Below, in pieces: positions 53,345 through 64,000 of a stretch of DNA of 64,000 nucleotides. Every line of letters begins with the position of its first letter. The first letter of the stretch is position 1. The position numbers and the translations under genes were made by a program. The stretch covers positions 1 through 64,000 of the forward strand of contig CAVPGK010000010.1 of assembly GCA_963703955.1 (NCBI GenBank), in the 5' to 3' direction. The notes below the pieces were generated by a model, which was not told the DNA's origin, did not search any database, and saw only the letters and a program-made list of their open reading frames with translations. This stretch comes from Nitrospirota bacterium (GTDB taxonomy: Bacteria; Nitrospirota; Nitrospiria; Nitrospirales; Nitrospiraceae).

Positions 53345-53589
53345 TGAGATGGCTTAGAGCTGTGGTGTGGTTGCTCGTGTCTCTCGGCTCTCTTTCTACG
53401 ACGACGGGGTACGCCACTGATGTGAACAGCGAGATTGAATTGCTCAGGGCGGATGTGAGAGCGGAAAAGATGGCGGTTATCGCGAAGCACATGAACTTTA
53501 CCGAGGACCAGTCGCAGAGCCTTTTGGCGCGACGGATTAATCGATTAATCGACGCGCAGATCGCCGGGGCCTTGCCGCTGGTGAAATAG
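53345..53589 (+). pseudogene. Probable internally deleted exported helical protein
   Basis: Signal peptide and IELLRADVRAEK...MNFT joined directly to a ...QIAGALPLVK tail; resembles a longer family from memory. Confidence 0.45.
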
Positions 53590-53747
53590 GCGGATGGTCG
53601 AACCGGCGAGTTGGGTTGCCCCCCGGATGATCTTGAAAACAGGCTTGTTGACACGTACTCTAGGTACGGGTAGGTATTTGATTGGCGGGCTGTGAGCGAT
53701 TGGGTCCGATGGACTCTCCAGGATGCCGATGAAGAAAGGACGATAAC

Positions 53748-55238
53748 ATGCGGGTCAGGCTTGCAATGGTCATTCTTGGTCTGTTTGCCGTGGGTGGTCT
53801 CGGATGCGCGATGAATCCCGTGAGCGGGCGGCCGGAGGTGGCGCTGGTTTCTGTCGAGCAGGAGAAGAAGATCGGGGCGGAAGAGGCAAAGAAGGTCGAA
53901 CAGGAGATGGGCTTGCTCGACGATGCGGCGCTCACCGACTACCTCGATACTGTGGGGCAGCGGCTTGCGAAGGAGTCTCCGCGCAAGGACGTCGCGTATC
54001 AGTTTCACGTGGCCGACATGACGGAACCGAACGCGTTCGCCTTGCCGGGGGGCTATGTCTACGTCACCCGCGGCCTGCTCGCGCTCACGAACTCCGAAGA
54101 TGAGCTGGCCGGGGTGGTCGGGCATGAAGTCGGACACGTCGCCGCCAGGCACAGCGTGCAAAAGATTTCAAAGCAAGGGCCCTTTGCCGTGGTCTTCGGG
54201 ATCGTGTCCGGGATCACAGGCCTGGTCAGCCCTCTCGTTGGAAACATCGTGGGTGGAGTGGGCGACCTGACGCAGGGTCTCATATTCGCCCCCTACAGCC
54301 GAAGCCAAGAAAACGAAGCCGACCGGGTCGGACAGGAAATCGCCGCGCGGGCCGGGTGGAACCCGGCTGCCTTATCCGCGTTTCTGACGACCCTCGGGCG
54401 CGAGGTCGAACTGATGAGCAAGGAGCCCCGCAAACCCAGCTTTTTTGACTCTCATCCCGCGACGCCCGATCGTGTCGCGAAAACCGCAGAGCACGCCAAG
54501 GAGTTGACCCGCGCGACCCGCGAGCCGATCAGCGCCTCGCCGGACGCGTTCCTTGCTCGGCTGGATGGCCTCGTGGTTGGCCAACGGGCCGCGAACGGAA
54601 TCTTCGATGGTCAGACCTTTCTCCATCCTGACATGAACTTCTTCCTGCAGTTTCCGGAAAAATGGGAGCACGAGAACACCCCGCAGAAGATTGTCGCGGT
54701 GGCTCCCGATAAGGAGGCAGCGGTAGTGGTCGGAGCGGTTGCGGAGGGCAATGATCCACTTGAGGGAGCGCGTGTGATCGAAAAGGCCACCAAGTCCGAC
54801 CTGGTATCGCGTTCTCAGAGAATCATGATCGGCGACTTGCCTGCCGCGCATACTGAGATCGAAGATGGCAAAGTCAAACTCGATGTGACCTGGATTGCCC
54901 ATGGCTGGATGATCTACCAGGTGGTCGGCATGGCCCCGAGGAATCGATTCGAGACCATGCAAGCCGTCTTCCATAGTGTGTCGCACAGCTTCAGGCCCTT
55001 GACGGCGTCCGAACGCGCCAGCATCAAGGAAAAACGAATCCGCCTGGTGAAGGCTCATGCAGGGGAAACGATGGAGGCGCTCGAGACTCGCACCAACTCC
55101 GCCTGGAAGAAGGAACAGATCGCGGTGGCGAATAATCTCACGGTGGGTGACCATCTGAAGGAAGGGCAACTGATCAAGGTGGCCATAGCAGAGCCATACG
55201 AACCCGAAGAAGTCTCGGTAACAAGAATCAAGAGATGA
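53748..55238 (+). CDS. M48 metalloprotease lipoprotein with LysM-like tail (paralog 2)
   Basis: LG-CAMNPVSG lipobox; PNAFALPGG, HEVGH, SRSQENEAD, SHP. Confidence 0.92.
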   Translation: MRVRLAMVILGLFAVGGLGCAMNPVSGRPEVALVSVEQEKKIGAEEAKKVEQEMGLLDDAALTDYLDTVGQRLAKESPRKDVAYQFHVADMTEPNAFALPGGYVYVTRGLLALTNSEDELAGVVGHEVGHVAARHSVQKISKQGPFAVVFGIVSGITGLVSPLVGNIVGGVGDLTQGLIFAPYSRSQENEADRVGQEIAARAGWNPAALSAFLTTLGREVELMSKEPRKPSFFDSHPATPDRVAKTAEHAKELTRATREPISASPDAFLARLDGLVVGQRAANGIFDGQTFLHPDMNFFLQFPEKWEHENTPQKIVAVAPDKEAAVVVGAVAEGNDPLEGARVIEKATKSDLVSRSQRIMIGDLPAAHTEIEDGKVKLDVTWIAHGWMIYQVVGMAPRNRFETMQAVFHSVSHSFRPLTASERASIKEKRIRLVKAHAGETMEALETRTNSAWKKEQIAVANNLTVGDHLKEGQLIKVAIAEPYEPEEVSVTRIKR

Positions 55239-55255
55239 ATGCGGAATCCTGAGCG

Positions 55256-56629
55256 ATGAGATGGCTTTTCAGACCCCTGATTCTCCTCTTCTTGGCAGTT
55301 CTGGGGTGCGAATACGTCCGTCCCACTCTCAACGCCCCCCTCAAACAGTGGGACCCCCAGTACGGTTACCGATACCAGAACCTCGCTCCACCGGAGAAAG
55401 GCAACTCGGACAGTCTTCTCGTTATCGCGGCCTTCTCCGGCGGGGGGACGAGGGCTTCCACGCTGGCCTTCGGAGCGCTCCGGGAACTTGCGCGCCAGCA
55501 GATTACCTGGGAAGGCAAGCAGAAACGTCTGGTGGACGAACTCGATGTGATCTATGCCTTGTCAGGAGGAACCTTCACAGGCGCCTATTATGCACTATTC
55601 GGGGATCAGATCTTCCACGACTTCGAATACCGTTTCCTGCGGAAAGATTGGGAGAGCGAGCTCAGGTCGCGCATCCTCCGATCGCCCAGCAATTGGTTCC
55701 GGCTCTGGTCACCCTATTTCGGCCGTATCTATATCATGGCCGAAATGTTGGATGAAGCCCTGTTCGAGCGCAAGACCTTTGGCGATCTAGTCAGCCTCAG
55801 GAGCCGGCCAGCTATTCTCATCCATGCTTCGGACATGGCCACGCTCTCGCGCTTTGAGTTCAACCAGGCGCAATTTGATATCATGTGCTCCGACCTCAAC
55901 CAATTACCGATCGCCCGCGCGTCCGCGGCCTCCGCCGCGCTCCCGCTTGTCCTCAGCCCGATCACGCTCAAGAACTACGCCGGGCAGTGTGGATACCAGC
56001 CACCGGAGTGGTTGGTCGAGGCCGGAAAGTCCGCGAGACCAGGGCAGCGGCAACGAGCAAAGGAGCTCCTGTCCTACCTGGATGTGGACAAGCGGCCCCA
56101 TGTCCATCTCCTCGATGGCGGACTCTCCGACAACATGGCGTTGAGAGGCGTGTTGGAAGGAGTCGGCGTCACGGGCGGCCTGGAGAAAGGGCTCAAGAAC
56201 GCCGGGATCAAGAAAATACAGAAGCTCGTCTTCATTTCCGTCAATGCCGAGACCAGTCCGGATGTGAACGAATACCGCAGCGATGAGATACCCGTCATGT
56301 CACGGGCTATGGGTGCCCTCGTGGACATCCCCATCAACCGCTACTCGGCGGATACCCTTCTGATCCTGCGCCTTGCCCTTCAGAAATGGAAGGAAGATCT
56401 TCGAAAGAAGCCCCCACCTGAAGGCAGCATCTTTGCCTCGGATGCGGACATCTACTTTGTTGACGTGAGTCTCGGTGCAATTGAGGACGCGGAGGAGCAG
56501 CTCTACCTCATGAAGATTCCGACGACTCTCTATCTCACCGATGTACAGATCGACCACCTGCTCAGCGCGGCGGCCAATCTGATGCGCAACGATAAGGACT
56601 TTCAGCGGCTCCTCAAAGACTTGCAGTAG
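55256..56629 (+). CDS. Patatin-like phospholipase lipoprotein
   Basis: LG-C lipobox; FSGGGTRA, ALSGG, SAALP, LDGG. Confidence 0.9.
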   Translation: MRWLFRPLILLFLAVLGCEYVRPTLNAPLKQWDPQYGYRYQNLAPPEKGNSDSLLVIAAFSGGGTRASTLAFGALRELARQQITWEGKQKRLVDELDVIYALSGGTFTGAYYALFGDQIFHDFEYRFLRKDWESELRSRILRSPSNWFRLWSPYFGRIYIMAEMLDEALFERKTFGDLVSLRSRPAILIHASDMATLSRFEFNQAQFDIMCSDLNQLPIARASAASAALPLVLSPITLKNYAGQCGYQPPEWLVEAGKSARPGQRQRAKELLSYLDVDKRPHVHLLDGGLSDNMALRGVLEGVGVTGGLEKGLKNAGIKKIQKLVFISVNAETSPDVNEYRSDEIPVMSRAMGALVDIPINRYSADTLLILRLALQKWKEDLRKKPPPEGSIFASDADIYFVDVSLGAIEDAEEQLYLMKIPTTLYLTDVQIDHLLSAAANLMRNDKDFQRLLKDLQ

Positions 56630-56630
56630 C

Positions 56631-56815
56631 CCGGATTATTCATGAATATCGTTACAAGGCAATTGAGAAAGCCCCGCTCGCTACGGCCTTTGATAACTAC
56701 CAGCCACAGGAGAAGGGACGCCGACATCTATTTCATTAACGCCAGCCTCGCGGCTCATCCCCGCAATTCATCCGAATTTCAACGGTTGATGACGGATTTG
56801 CAGAGCGACCGCTGA
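56631..56815 (+). pseudogene. Relic of a third patatin C-terminus
   Basis: DADIYFINASLAAHPRNSSEFQRLMTDLQ* versus neighbour DADIYFVDVSL...RNDKDFQRLLKDLQ*. Confidence 0.75.
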
Positions 56816-57013
56816 GTCAGAGCGGACACGATTTTGAAATACGGAAAATCCGGTGACTCACGGACAATTCCCCGCTGGTACCCGGAGCGGCAAAGCTAGT
56901 GAGGATCATCCCCCTGGCGGCCGGGATGACCACGCGAATGCGGCCTGTGGCTGTCTGGCATGATTGGCATCGAGCACCCGCCTGCGAGCTTGGGAAGTGA
57001 AAATCGAAGGCTT

Positions 57014-58447
57014 CTAATCACCCTTCCCTCCGAGATCGCGCACCAACCTCTGGAAATCCGGCGAATCGAATAGAATCCGTTGCCCCACATGCCGCAGGCG
57101 ATCGACCTGCTCGTCCGACAGATTGAAGCTGGTGGGCAAATCCAGGAAGCCCTGGCGCTCCTTGAGGTCCGCCATGGCGTTGAACGTGACTTCAATCACG
57201 TAATAGTCGAGAGGCTGGCGATCGGGGTGTTCCTCCTGCCGAAGGCTAGACCACTCCTTCACCAACTGGCGCAGAAGGGCCACTGACTCAAACGTGTAGT
57301 TGTTGATCATCGCCGTGAGGGCCACATCGCCGATGTCGGTCAACCCGGGATCTTCCTCCAGCAGGCTCCAGCGCCGAGTCGAGTGCTTGGTTTCCGCATT
57401 GACGATGATGAATGCGACACGCTTGGCTTTATCCAGGCCGCGCGCGCGTAGTGCCGCTGACGCGTCGCCGGTGGCCACCAAGAAATCGAGTATCCCGCGC
57501 AACCCAAGATTATCGCTGACCACTCCATCCACCAGGTGGATGAACGGCTTGTCATTCCACTCCGTGTAGGCTTGAAACTGCGTCGCAAGACGGTACGATC
57601 GGCTCGAATAGTCCCGTTTTGCGAGCGCGTTCGTTAACCATGCTTCTTCGCGGAAGCCGCACTGTCCGGCGTAATTCCGGAGCGTGATCGCGCCAAACGG
57701 GCCGGGCATGGACGACGAGGCTGCCGTCGCTCTGGCGAGCGGAAACGCGGAGAGATCAGAGCAGATCAGGCCGAACTGCAGAGGTATAAACAAAAAGTAA
57801 TTCCCGTCCGAGATGTCGGTGGCCTGAATCAGCAGATATGGTGCTTTGCCAGGTTCGAGATCTTTGTAGGTCGCGCCGTGAAAAAGATGATCGTCAAGGT
57901 ATTCGGCTTGCAGATCGCTCTTGCTGAAGTATGCGGACCCAACCCGAATCATGTTGTAGGGATTGAGCAGGCGCCCGATGAGCCCCCAGGTGACGTTCCG
58001 ATATAGAAACTCCTCTTTGAAGCCCTTGAAGATCCCATCGCCATGCAGGGCAAAGTACGCGGCGGTGATGCTGCCACCGGAGACTCCCGTCACAGCATCC
58101 ACTTCATGGGTGAGCCGATGGCTCTCTTTTTTCACCTGATTCTCCGAAGAGGAAGGATGAGAAGGGGGGGAGACTTCAATCTGGGCCAAACCTTCCAGGA
58201 CGCCGTATGCCAGCGCCGCCGCCCTCGTACCTCCGCCGGAAAAGGCCAGCACCAGGAAAAGCTCGTCCGAACGATTCGGAGCATTGAAGGCTAGTTCCTC
58301 GCTCACTTGGGCCAGGTCGAACTTCTTCAGTTTCGGATTCACGGGGTAGTGGGCGCAGCCTCCGATGATCGCCGTGATCAAGACAACCCAGACCATCAGC
58401 GTGGTCACTGACAGTGTTCCTCGATTCATCCCTTTCACGGACGACAT
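57014..58447 (-). CDS. Patatin-like phospholipase lipoprotein (paralog)
   Basis: GG-C lipobox; FSGGGTRA, GVSGG, VDGV. Confidence 0.88.
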   Translation of the reverse strand: MSSVKGMNRGTLSVTTLMVWVVLITAIIGGCAHYPVNPKLKKFDLAQVSEELAFNAPNRSDELFLVLAFSGGGTRAAALAYGVLEGLAQIEVSPPSHPSSSENQVKKESHRLTHEVDAVTGVSGGSITAAYFALHGDGIFKGFKEEFLYRNVTWGLIGRLLNPYNMIRVGSAYFSKSDLQAEYLDDHLFHGATYKDLEPGKAPYLLIQATDISDGNYFLFIPLQFGLICSDLSAFPLARATAASSSMPGPFGAITLRNYAGQCGFREEAWLTNALAKRDYSSRSYRLATQFQAYTEWNDKPFIHLVDGVVSDNLGLRGILDFLVATGDASAALRARGLDKAKRVAFIIVNAETKHSTRRWSLLEEDPGLTDIGDVALTAMINNYTFESVALLRQLVKEWSSLRQEEHPDRQPLDYYVIEVTFNAMADLKERQGFLDLPTSFNLSDEQVDRLRHVGQRILFDSPDFQRLVRDLGGKGD

Positions 58448-58490
58448 ACGTACTGTGACCTAGCCTCAAGCTTTCTTCCTTATCGCCGGT

Positions 58491-59094
58491 CTACTCCTCT
58501 TCCGGAGCGCCGAGCCGGACACCGCCCCTGGCATAATCACTGAAAATCAGGAAGCCACCCTCCATCATGCACCCGTCCCCGCACAGGGCGTACACATTGA
58601 AATTGATCACGTCCTCGAAGCCGGGCCGATTGAAATGAGCGGCCATCCAGCGGCCGGCGATCGCCATGCCGACGCTGTTGGCCAGGCCCTGTCCCAGCGG
58701 GCCGGTGGTGGTCTCCACGCCGGTAGTCCACCGGTATTCGGGATGCCCCGGGCAACGGCTGCCCCACTGTCGAAATCGTTTGATCGCGTCCAACGGCACC
58801 GAAGGGGTGCCGAGTCGCTCGTAATCTTTGCTGACTGCCTTGACGCCGGTGAGATGCAACAGCGTATAGAGCAGCATCGAGGCATGGCCGACCGACAGCA
58901 CGAAGCGGTCGCGGTTGGGCCAGATCGGGATCTTGCGGATCGAACCGGAGAAATCGCTGCCACAGGCAGTAGGCCACGGGGGCCAACGCCATGGGCGTCC
59001 CGGGATGGCCCGAGTTGGCCTGCTGAATGGCGTCCATGGACAACGTGCGAATCGTGTTGATGCAGAGTTGATCGAGTTGTTCATGGGTCATCAC
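58491..59094 (-). pseudogene. tkt: Transketolase relic: N-terminal ~170 aa joined to a short middle-domain piece
   Basis: [37 protein letters not shown] then directly [13 protein letters not shown] and stop. Confidence 0.88.
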
Positions 59095-59132
59095 AAGCCT
59101 CTCAGGATATGTGTTGTCGGTGGAACGATGCG

Positions 59133-60773
59133 TCAGCCCGGCAGGCGAAGCCGGCGGTAACGCCGGATCAACGCGTTGGTCGAGCTGTCGTGTCGGAGCT
59201 CGGGGTCAGTCCCGGTCGTCAATTCCGGCGTAATCCGTTTGGCCAGCACTTTGCCCAGCTCCACGCCCCACTGGTCGAACGAGTTGACGCGCCAGATCGT
59301 GCCTTGGACGAAGACCTTGTGCTCGTAGAGCGCGATCAACTTGCCGAGTATCTCCGGCGTCAGTTGCTCGACCAGGATGGTATTGGTCGGGCGGTTCCCT
59401 GGAAACGTGCGGTGCGGCACCAGGGCCGGAGGCGCTCCTTCAGCTTCCACTTCCGCGGCCGTTTTGCCAAAGGCCAGCGCCTCCGTCTGCGCGAACAGAT
59501 TGGACGCTAGCAGATCGTGATGCTGCCCCATGGGATTGAGTGACCGGCAGAAACCGATGAAGTCGCACGGGATCAACCTAGTGCCCTGATGGATCAACTG
59601 GTAGTACGCATGCTGGCCGTTGGTGCCAGGCTGTCCCCAAATGATCGGGCCCGTGTGGTAATTCACCGTGTTCCCATCCCGGTCCACGCGCTTCCCGTTA
59701 CTTTCCATATCGAGCTGCTGCAGATAGGCGCTCAGCCGACCGAGGTAGTGATCATAGGGCAGAATCGCCTGGGACTCTGCGCCGAAGAAATTCACGTACC
59801 AGAGTCCGATGAGACCCAGCAGCACGGGCAGGTTTTTGTCGAACGGGGCGGTCCGGAAATGCTCGTCCATCGCATGGTATCCGCCCAGCATCTCGCGGAA
59901 CCGTTCGGGTCCGATAGCGACCATCAGTGAGAGGCCGATGGCCGATGGCAGCGAGTAGCGGCCTCCGACCCAGTCCCAGAATTCAAACATGTTGGCGGGA
60001 TCGATTCCGAATTTCTCGACTTCGTCCGCGTTCGTGGACACGGCCACGAAGTGGCGAGCCACCGCCTTGTCGTTCTTGAGTGCTTGCAGGCACCACGCAC
60101 GCGCGGTCTGCGCGTTGACGAGAGTCTCCTGCGTGGTAAAGGTCTTCGAGCAGACGATGAACAGGGTCTCCTCCGGATTGAGGCCCCGGGTCGACTCGGC
60201 GATATCAGTCGCGTCCACGTTGGAGACAAAACGAACCGCCAGCGCGCGATCGCTATACACCCGCAGCGCCTCGTAGGCCATGACGGGCCCCAGGTCCGAG
60301 CCCCCGATGCCGATGTTCACGACACTGCGAATGCGCTTGCCGGTATGGCCCTTCCACTCACCGCTGCGGACGCGGTTTGCGAAACTGGCCATTTTCTCGA
60401 TCACCGCGTGGACCTTCGGCATCACGTTGTCGCCGTCCACTCTAATGGTGGAGCCGGCGGGGGCGCGCAGCGCGACGTGGAGGACCGCGCGATTCTCCGT
60501 TACATTGAGCTTGTCGCCGCGGAACATCGCGTCGATACCGGTGCGCAAGCCGGCGGCGTTCGCGAGGTCGAGCAACAGACGCATCGTGTCATCCGTGAGG
60601 CGGTTTTTCGAATAGTCGAGATAGATGCCCTGCGCGTCGCACACCAAGCGCGCGCCGCGCCCGGGATCTTTCGCAAACAGATCCCGCATATGCACGGTCT
60701 TGATCGCTTCGTAATGCTCACGGAGGGCGCTCCAGGCAGCGCCTTGCGTGAGTGGAACTGCGCCGCTCGTCAT
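59133..60773 (-). CDS. pgi: Glucose-6-phosphate isomerase
   Basis: [40 protein letters not shown]. Confidence 0.97.
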   Translation of the reverse strand: MTSGAVPLTQGAAWSALREHYEAIKTVHMRDLFAKDPGRGARLVCDAQGIYLDYSKNRLTDDTMRLLLDLANAAGLRTGIDAMFRGDKLNVTENRAVLHVALRAPAGSTIRVDGDNVMPKVHAVIEKMASFANRVRSGEWKGHTGKRIRSVVNIGIGGSDLGPVMAYEALRVYSDRALAVRFVSNVDATDIAESTRGLNPEETLFIVCSKTFTTQETLVNAQTARAWCLQALKNDKAVARHFVAVSTNADEVEKFGIDPANMFEFWDWVGGRYSLPSAIGLSLMVAIGPERFREMLGGYHAMDEHFRTAPFDKNLPVLLGLIGLWYVNFFGAESQAILPYDHYLGRLSAYLQQLDMESNGKRVDRDGNTVNYHTGPIIWGQPGTNGQHAYYQLIHQGTRLIPCDFIGFCRSLNPMGQHHDLLASNLFAQTEALAFGKTAAEVEAEGAPPALVPHRTFPGNRPTNTILVEQLTPEILGKLIALYEHKVFVQGTIWRVNSFDQWGVELGKVLAKRITPELTTGTDPELRHDSSTNALIRRYRRLRLPG

Positions 60774-60846
60774 CGCATCACCTCCTTGGCATTCCAACGG
60801 TTTCCCATGTGGTCTCTTCTCCCTGATGCCGTCGCGGCGCTCGCGC

Positions 60847-61431
60847 TCAGAAGTGAACCGGCGCGTTCCATTGCTTGATCGCCGGAATGCCACGGTAGTA
60901 GCTCAGGATGTTCATTGTGGCCGTACCTAGCAAAAAGCGTTGGCCTTCCGAAGGAGGGAGGCCCAGCCAGCGAGCCCCAAAGACTCTGAGCACGTGCCCA
61001 TGGGCGAACAATATGACATCGCCCGTGACGGCGCGCGCTCTCTCAATCACACGATCGACCCGTGCGCCGATTTCCCCTGGCTGTTCTCCGCCTGGGCCAC
61101 CATCTCGAAAGAGCAGCCAGCCCGGGGCCGTCGCATGGATCTGGCCGGGCGTCAATCCCTCATAACGCCCGTAGTTCCACTCCACCAGGTCAGGCTCGAT
61201 GTGTGCCACATCCCCGAAACCGGCCAGCCGACAGGTATCCCGGGCTCGTTGCAAGGGACTCGTCAGGGCCAACGCGAACGACTCCTTCGCAAGGATCGGC
61301 TGTAATAATCTGGCCACCTGTCGACCGTTTTCCGTCAGCGGGATATCGGTGATCCCGGTGTGTCGTCCGTTGAGACTCCACTCGGTTTCGCCGTGACGTA
61401 CGAGAAACACCTGTTGCGCTGGAACAGGCAT
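60847..61431 (-). CDS. Histidine phosphatase (phosphoglycerate mutase family)
   Basis: LVRHGET, SPLQRA, EWNYG, AHGH. Confidence 0.92.
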   Translation of the reverse strand: MPVPAQQVFLVRHGETEWSLNGRHTGITDIPLTENGRQVARLLQPILAKESFALALTSPLQRARDTCRLAGFGDVAHIEPDLVEWNYGRYEGLTPGQIHATAPGWLLFRDGGPGGEQPGEIGARVDRVIERARAVTGDVILFAHGHVLRVFGARWLGLPPSEGQRFLLGTATMNILSYYRGIPAIKQWNAPVHF

Positions 61432-61503
61432 AGCAAGCCTACCGAATTTGAGCACGAGTACTGCGCCGTTTGAGTGAGAAAGACGAGACGATTGGGCTCG
61501 CGG

Positions 61504-63075
61504 TCATGATGCGGCGTCCTCCACGCTTCCGACCGTCTGCTGACTGCGAAGCCCGGACGAGCGGTTCGAGGTGGTCGTTAGCGCTCGCAGCCATTCGAAG
61601 GCCGAGTCGGACAGCATCTGCTCTGTGCAGCGCCAGCGCCAGTTGCCCTCGGCACTGCCTGGCACGTTCATCCGGGCCTCTCTACCCAGGTTGAGCACAT
61701 CCTGTAGCGGCGCGAGCGCGAGCGCGGCAATCGACGACCAGGCCAGACTGAGCAGCGCGGGCGCCGCCTCGCTGCTATCGCCCCCGGAACGATTCATACA
61801 ACTCCAGAGGTTCCGCCGCTGGTCGTCCGGCAGATCCTCGTACCACTCGCGGGTCGTGGGGTTGTCATGGGTACCGGTGTACACCACGGTATTCGCAACA
61901 TAGTTGCTCGGCAGGTGTGGGTTGTCCGCATGACCGTCGAAGGCGAACTGGAGGACTCGCGTCCCTGGCACATTGAAGCGGTCGCGGAGAACGTAGACGT
62001 CCGGCGTAATCAGCCCCAAGTCCTCCGCGATGAACGGAACCCCGCGCAGCTCTTTCTTGACGGTACTGAATAATTCGGCCCCGGGCCCCGGCACCCAGCG
62101 GCCAGTTTGGGCCGTCGGCGCGCCGGCCGGAACGTGCCAGGCGGCCGCGAACGCGCGGAAATGGTCCAGGCGAATGACGTCCACGTGGGCGAGCAATGCG
62201 CGCACGCGGTCCACCCACCAACGGTAGCCGGTCCGGCGCAGCGCGTCCCAGTCGTAGACGGGGTTGCCCCAGAGCTGTCCCTGGGCACTGAAGTAGTCGG
62301 GCGGGACACCGGCGACGACACGCGGCCGGCCTTGCTCATCCAGCAAGAACAGCTTAGGGTTCGCCCACACGTCACTCGAGTCCGGAGACACGAAGACCGG
62401 CAGGTCACCGATCAGCCGCACGCCACGGGCTTGCGCATGCTGCTTCAGGCGTGTCGCCTGGCGAAAGAGCAGGAACTGGGCTAGGCGGAACTGATCGATC
62501 TGGCTCGCCAACTCCTGCCGGACCTTGTCCAGAGCCCCCGGAGCGCGACGGGCCAGCTCGGCCGGCCACTCAAGATAGTGGACCCCACCGTACCTCAACT
62601 TCAGTGCGCGAAACAGCGCGTAGTCCTCCAGCCAGCAGGCATGGTCCTGGCAGAACTGTGCATAGGCGGGCCGCAGATCCGGACGTGCGCCGGCATTGAA
62701 GTTGGTCCAGGCCATGTCGAGCAGCCGGAGCTTGAACAAGAAGACGGCGTCATAGTCGACCACGTCTGACGAGAATGACCCACCCTTGCAATCGCTCACC
62801 CGCAACAGTCCGTCTTCGATCAACCAGTCCGGGCTCACGAGGAGGCCATTGCCGGCGAATGACGACAGTGGTTGATACGGAGAATTGCCGTCGCCTACGC
62901 CGATTGATCCCACCGGCAGCGCCTGCCACCAGCTCTGCCCCGCCTCGTGGAGGCGGTCAATCCAGGCGAGCGCCGTTGGGCCCACATCGCCGATGCCGTA
63001 GGGCGAGGGCAGCGACGTGACGTGCAGCAACACGCCAGAGGCCCTGTAGTTGGACGGAAATGGGGGTAGGCTCAT
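61504..63075 (-). CDS. malQ: 4-alpha-glucanotransferase (GH77)
   Basis: [42 protein letters not shown]. Confidence 0.96.
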   Translation of the reverse strand: MSLPPFPSNYRASGVLLHVTSLPSPYGIGDVGPTALAWIDRLHEAGQSWWQALPVGSIGVGDGNSPYQPLSSFAGNGLLVSPDWLIEDGLLRVSDCKGGSFSSDVVDYDAVFLFKLRLLDMAWTNFNAGARPDLRPAYAQFCQDHACWLEDYALFRALKLRYGGVHYLEWPAELARRAPGALDKVRQELASQIDQFRLAQFLLFRQATRLKQHAQARGVRLIGDLPVFVSPDSSDVWANPKLFLLDEQGRPRVVAGVPPDYFSAQGQLWGNPVYDWDALRRTGYRWWVDRVRALLAHVDVIRLDHFRAFAAAWHVPAGAPTAQTGRWVPGPGAELFSTVKKELRGVPFIAEDLGLITPDVYVLRDRFNVPGTRVLQFAFDGHADNPHLPSNYVANTVVYTGTHDNPTTREWYEDLPDDQRRNLWSCMNRSGGDSSEAAPALLSLAWSSIAALALAPLQDVLNLGREARMNVPGSAEGNWRWRCTEQMLSDSAFEWLRALTTTSNRSSGLRSQQTVGSVEDAAS

Positions 63076-64000
63076 CGGTCACTCCTCAGTGAGTTGTTTA
63101 CCATCTCCTGCGCTTCGCTCACGAGGGTCTCTAGGTGGCCCTCATTCTTGAAGCTCTCTGCATAGATCTTGTAGATGTTTTCGGTCCCCGAGGGCCGGGC
63201 CGCGAACCAGCCGTAGGCGGTAATGACTTTCAATCCGCCGATCGAGGCGTTGTTGCCCGGCGCTTTGGTTAGCTTGGCAGTGATCTGGTCGCCGGCGAGG
63301 GTCGATGCCGTGACGGCATCGGGCGACAACTTCCCCAGCCTTTCCTTCTGCTCGGGCGTGGCCGCCGCATCGATGCGCCTGTAGAGGGGTTTTCCAAATT
63401 CAGCCGTCAGTTCGCGGTAGTGCTCCCCCGGATCTTTGCCGGTTCTGGCCGTGATCTCGGCTGCGAGCAGATTCATGATCGGGCCGTCCTTGTCTGTCGT
63501 CCAGACGGTCCCGTCCAACCGCAAGAAGCTCGCTCCAGCGCTCTCCTCGCCGCCGAAGCAGAACGAGCCATCGAATAGGCCCGAAACAAACCACTTGAAG
63601 CCGACCGGTACTTCGCACAGCCGGCGACCGAGCTTGGCGACGACACGATCGATCATGCCACTCGACACCAAGGTCTTGCCGACCAACGCGTCGGTAGGCC
63701 ACTGAGGTCGATGCGTGAGCAGATAACGAATCGCCACGGCGAGATAGTGGTTGGGGTTCATCAGCCCGGCAGACGGCGTGACGATCCCGTGACGGTCCGA
63801 GTCCGGGTCGTTGGCAAAGGCGAGGCGAAACCGGTCCTTCAGGCTGACGAGGCGGGCCATCGCATAGGGGCTCGAGCAGTCCATCCGGATCTTGCCGTCG
63901 TGATCAACCGTCATGAAGGAGAAGGTCGGATCGACTGTCGGATTCACCACGGTGATGTTCAACTTATAAACCTTATTGATCGGCTCCCAGTAATGGACCG
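63072..64000 (-). CDS. pgm: Phosphoglucomutase, 3' part (start outside window)
   Basis: [26 protein letters not shown]. Confidence 0.95.
   Translation of the reverse strand, partial: VHYWEPINKVYKLNITVVNPTVDPTFSFMTVDHDGKIRMDCSSPYAMARLVSLKDRFRLAFANDPDSDRHGIVTPSAGLMNPNHYLAVAIRYLLTHRPQWPTDALVGKTLVSSGMIDRVVAKLGRRLCEVPVGFKWFVSGLFDGSFCFGGEESAGASFLRLDGTVWTTDKDGPIMNLLAAEITARTGKDPGEHYRELTAEFGKPLYRRIDAAATPEQKERLGKLSPDAVTASTLAGDQITAKLTKAPGNNASIGGLKVITAYGWFAARPSGTENIYKIYAESFKNEGHLETLVSEAQEMVNNSLRSDR

Noticed and set aside
1..64000. CRISPR arrays, tRNA/rRNA, IS elements, prophage
   Set aside because: No regularly spaced repeats, cloverleaf or rRNA signatures, transposase, integrase or phage genes recognised by eye

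Overview
GC-rich bacterial chromosomal window, probably Nitrospirota/Nitrospiraceae. The taxonomy is inferred by eye from family signatures such as the alginate-export-type porin C-terminus and small Zn-ribbon proteins. The assembly has many single-base indels, so many split ORFs are probably intact genes. From left to right it contains: (1) a Mo-cofactor operon (mrp-moeA-mobB) coupled to a hexaheme cytochrome, then an ABC-2 exporter; (2) a 9.5-14.4 kb mosaic tandem duplication that shuffles outer-membrane protein modules; (3) a diguanylate cyclase; (4) divergent rqcH and mutS2 near an orphan clpX, i.e. components of ribosome quality control; (5) a near-consensus sigma54 promoter in front of a 20-codon basic ORF or structured RNA; (6) a minus-strand run of Cys-rich secreted protein, queG, NtrC-type regulator, histidine kinase, clpX and a REC-DUF4388-degenerate GTPase, divergent from a stand-alone DGQHR protein; (7) thiI, trxB, coaE and a GH63 glycosidase; (8) oxyR with a di-heme cytochrome c peroxidase; (9) an envelope cluster of two M48-LysM proteases, an RND system and two patatins; (10) pgm-malQ-phosphatase-pgi and a tkt remnant. 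Two signals recur outside the annotated genes: intergenic hairpins built from 7-nt periodic units, and many internally deleted gene relics. No rRNA, tRNA, CRISPR array, transposase or integrase was recognised.
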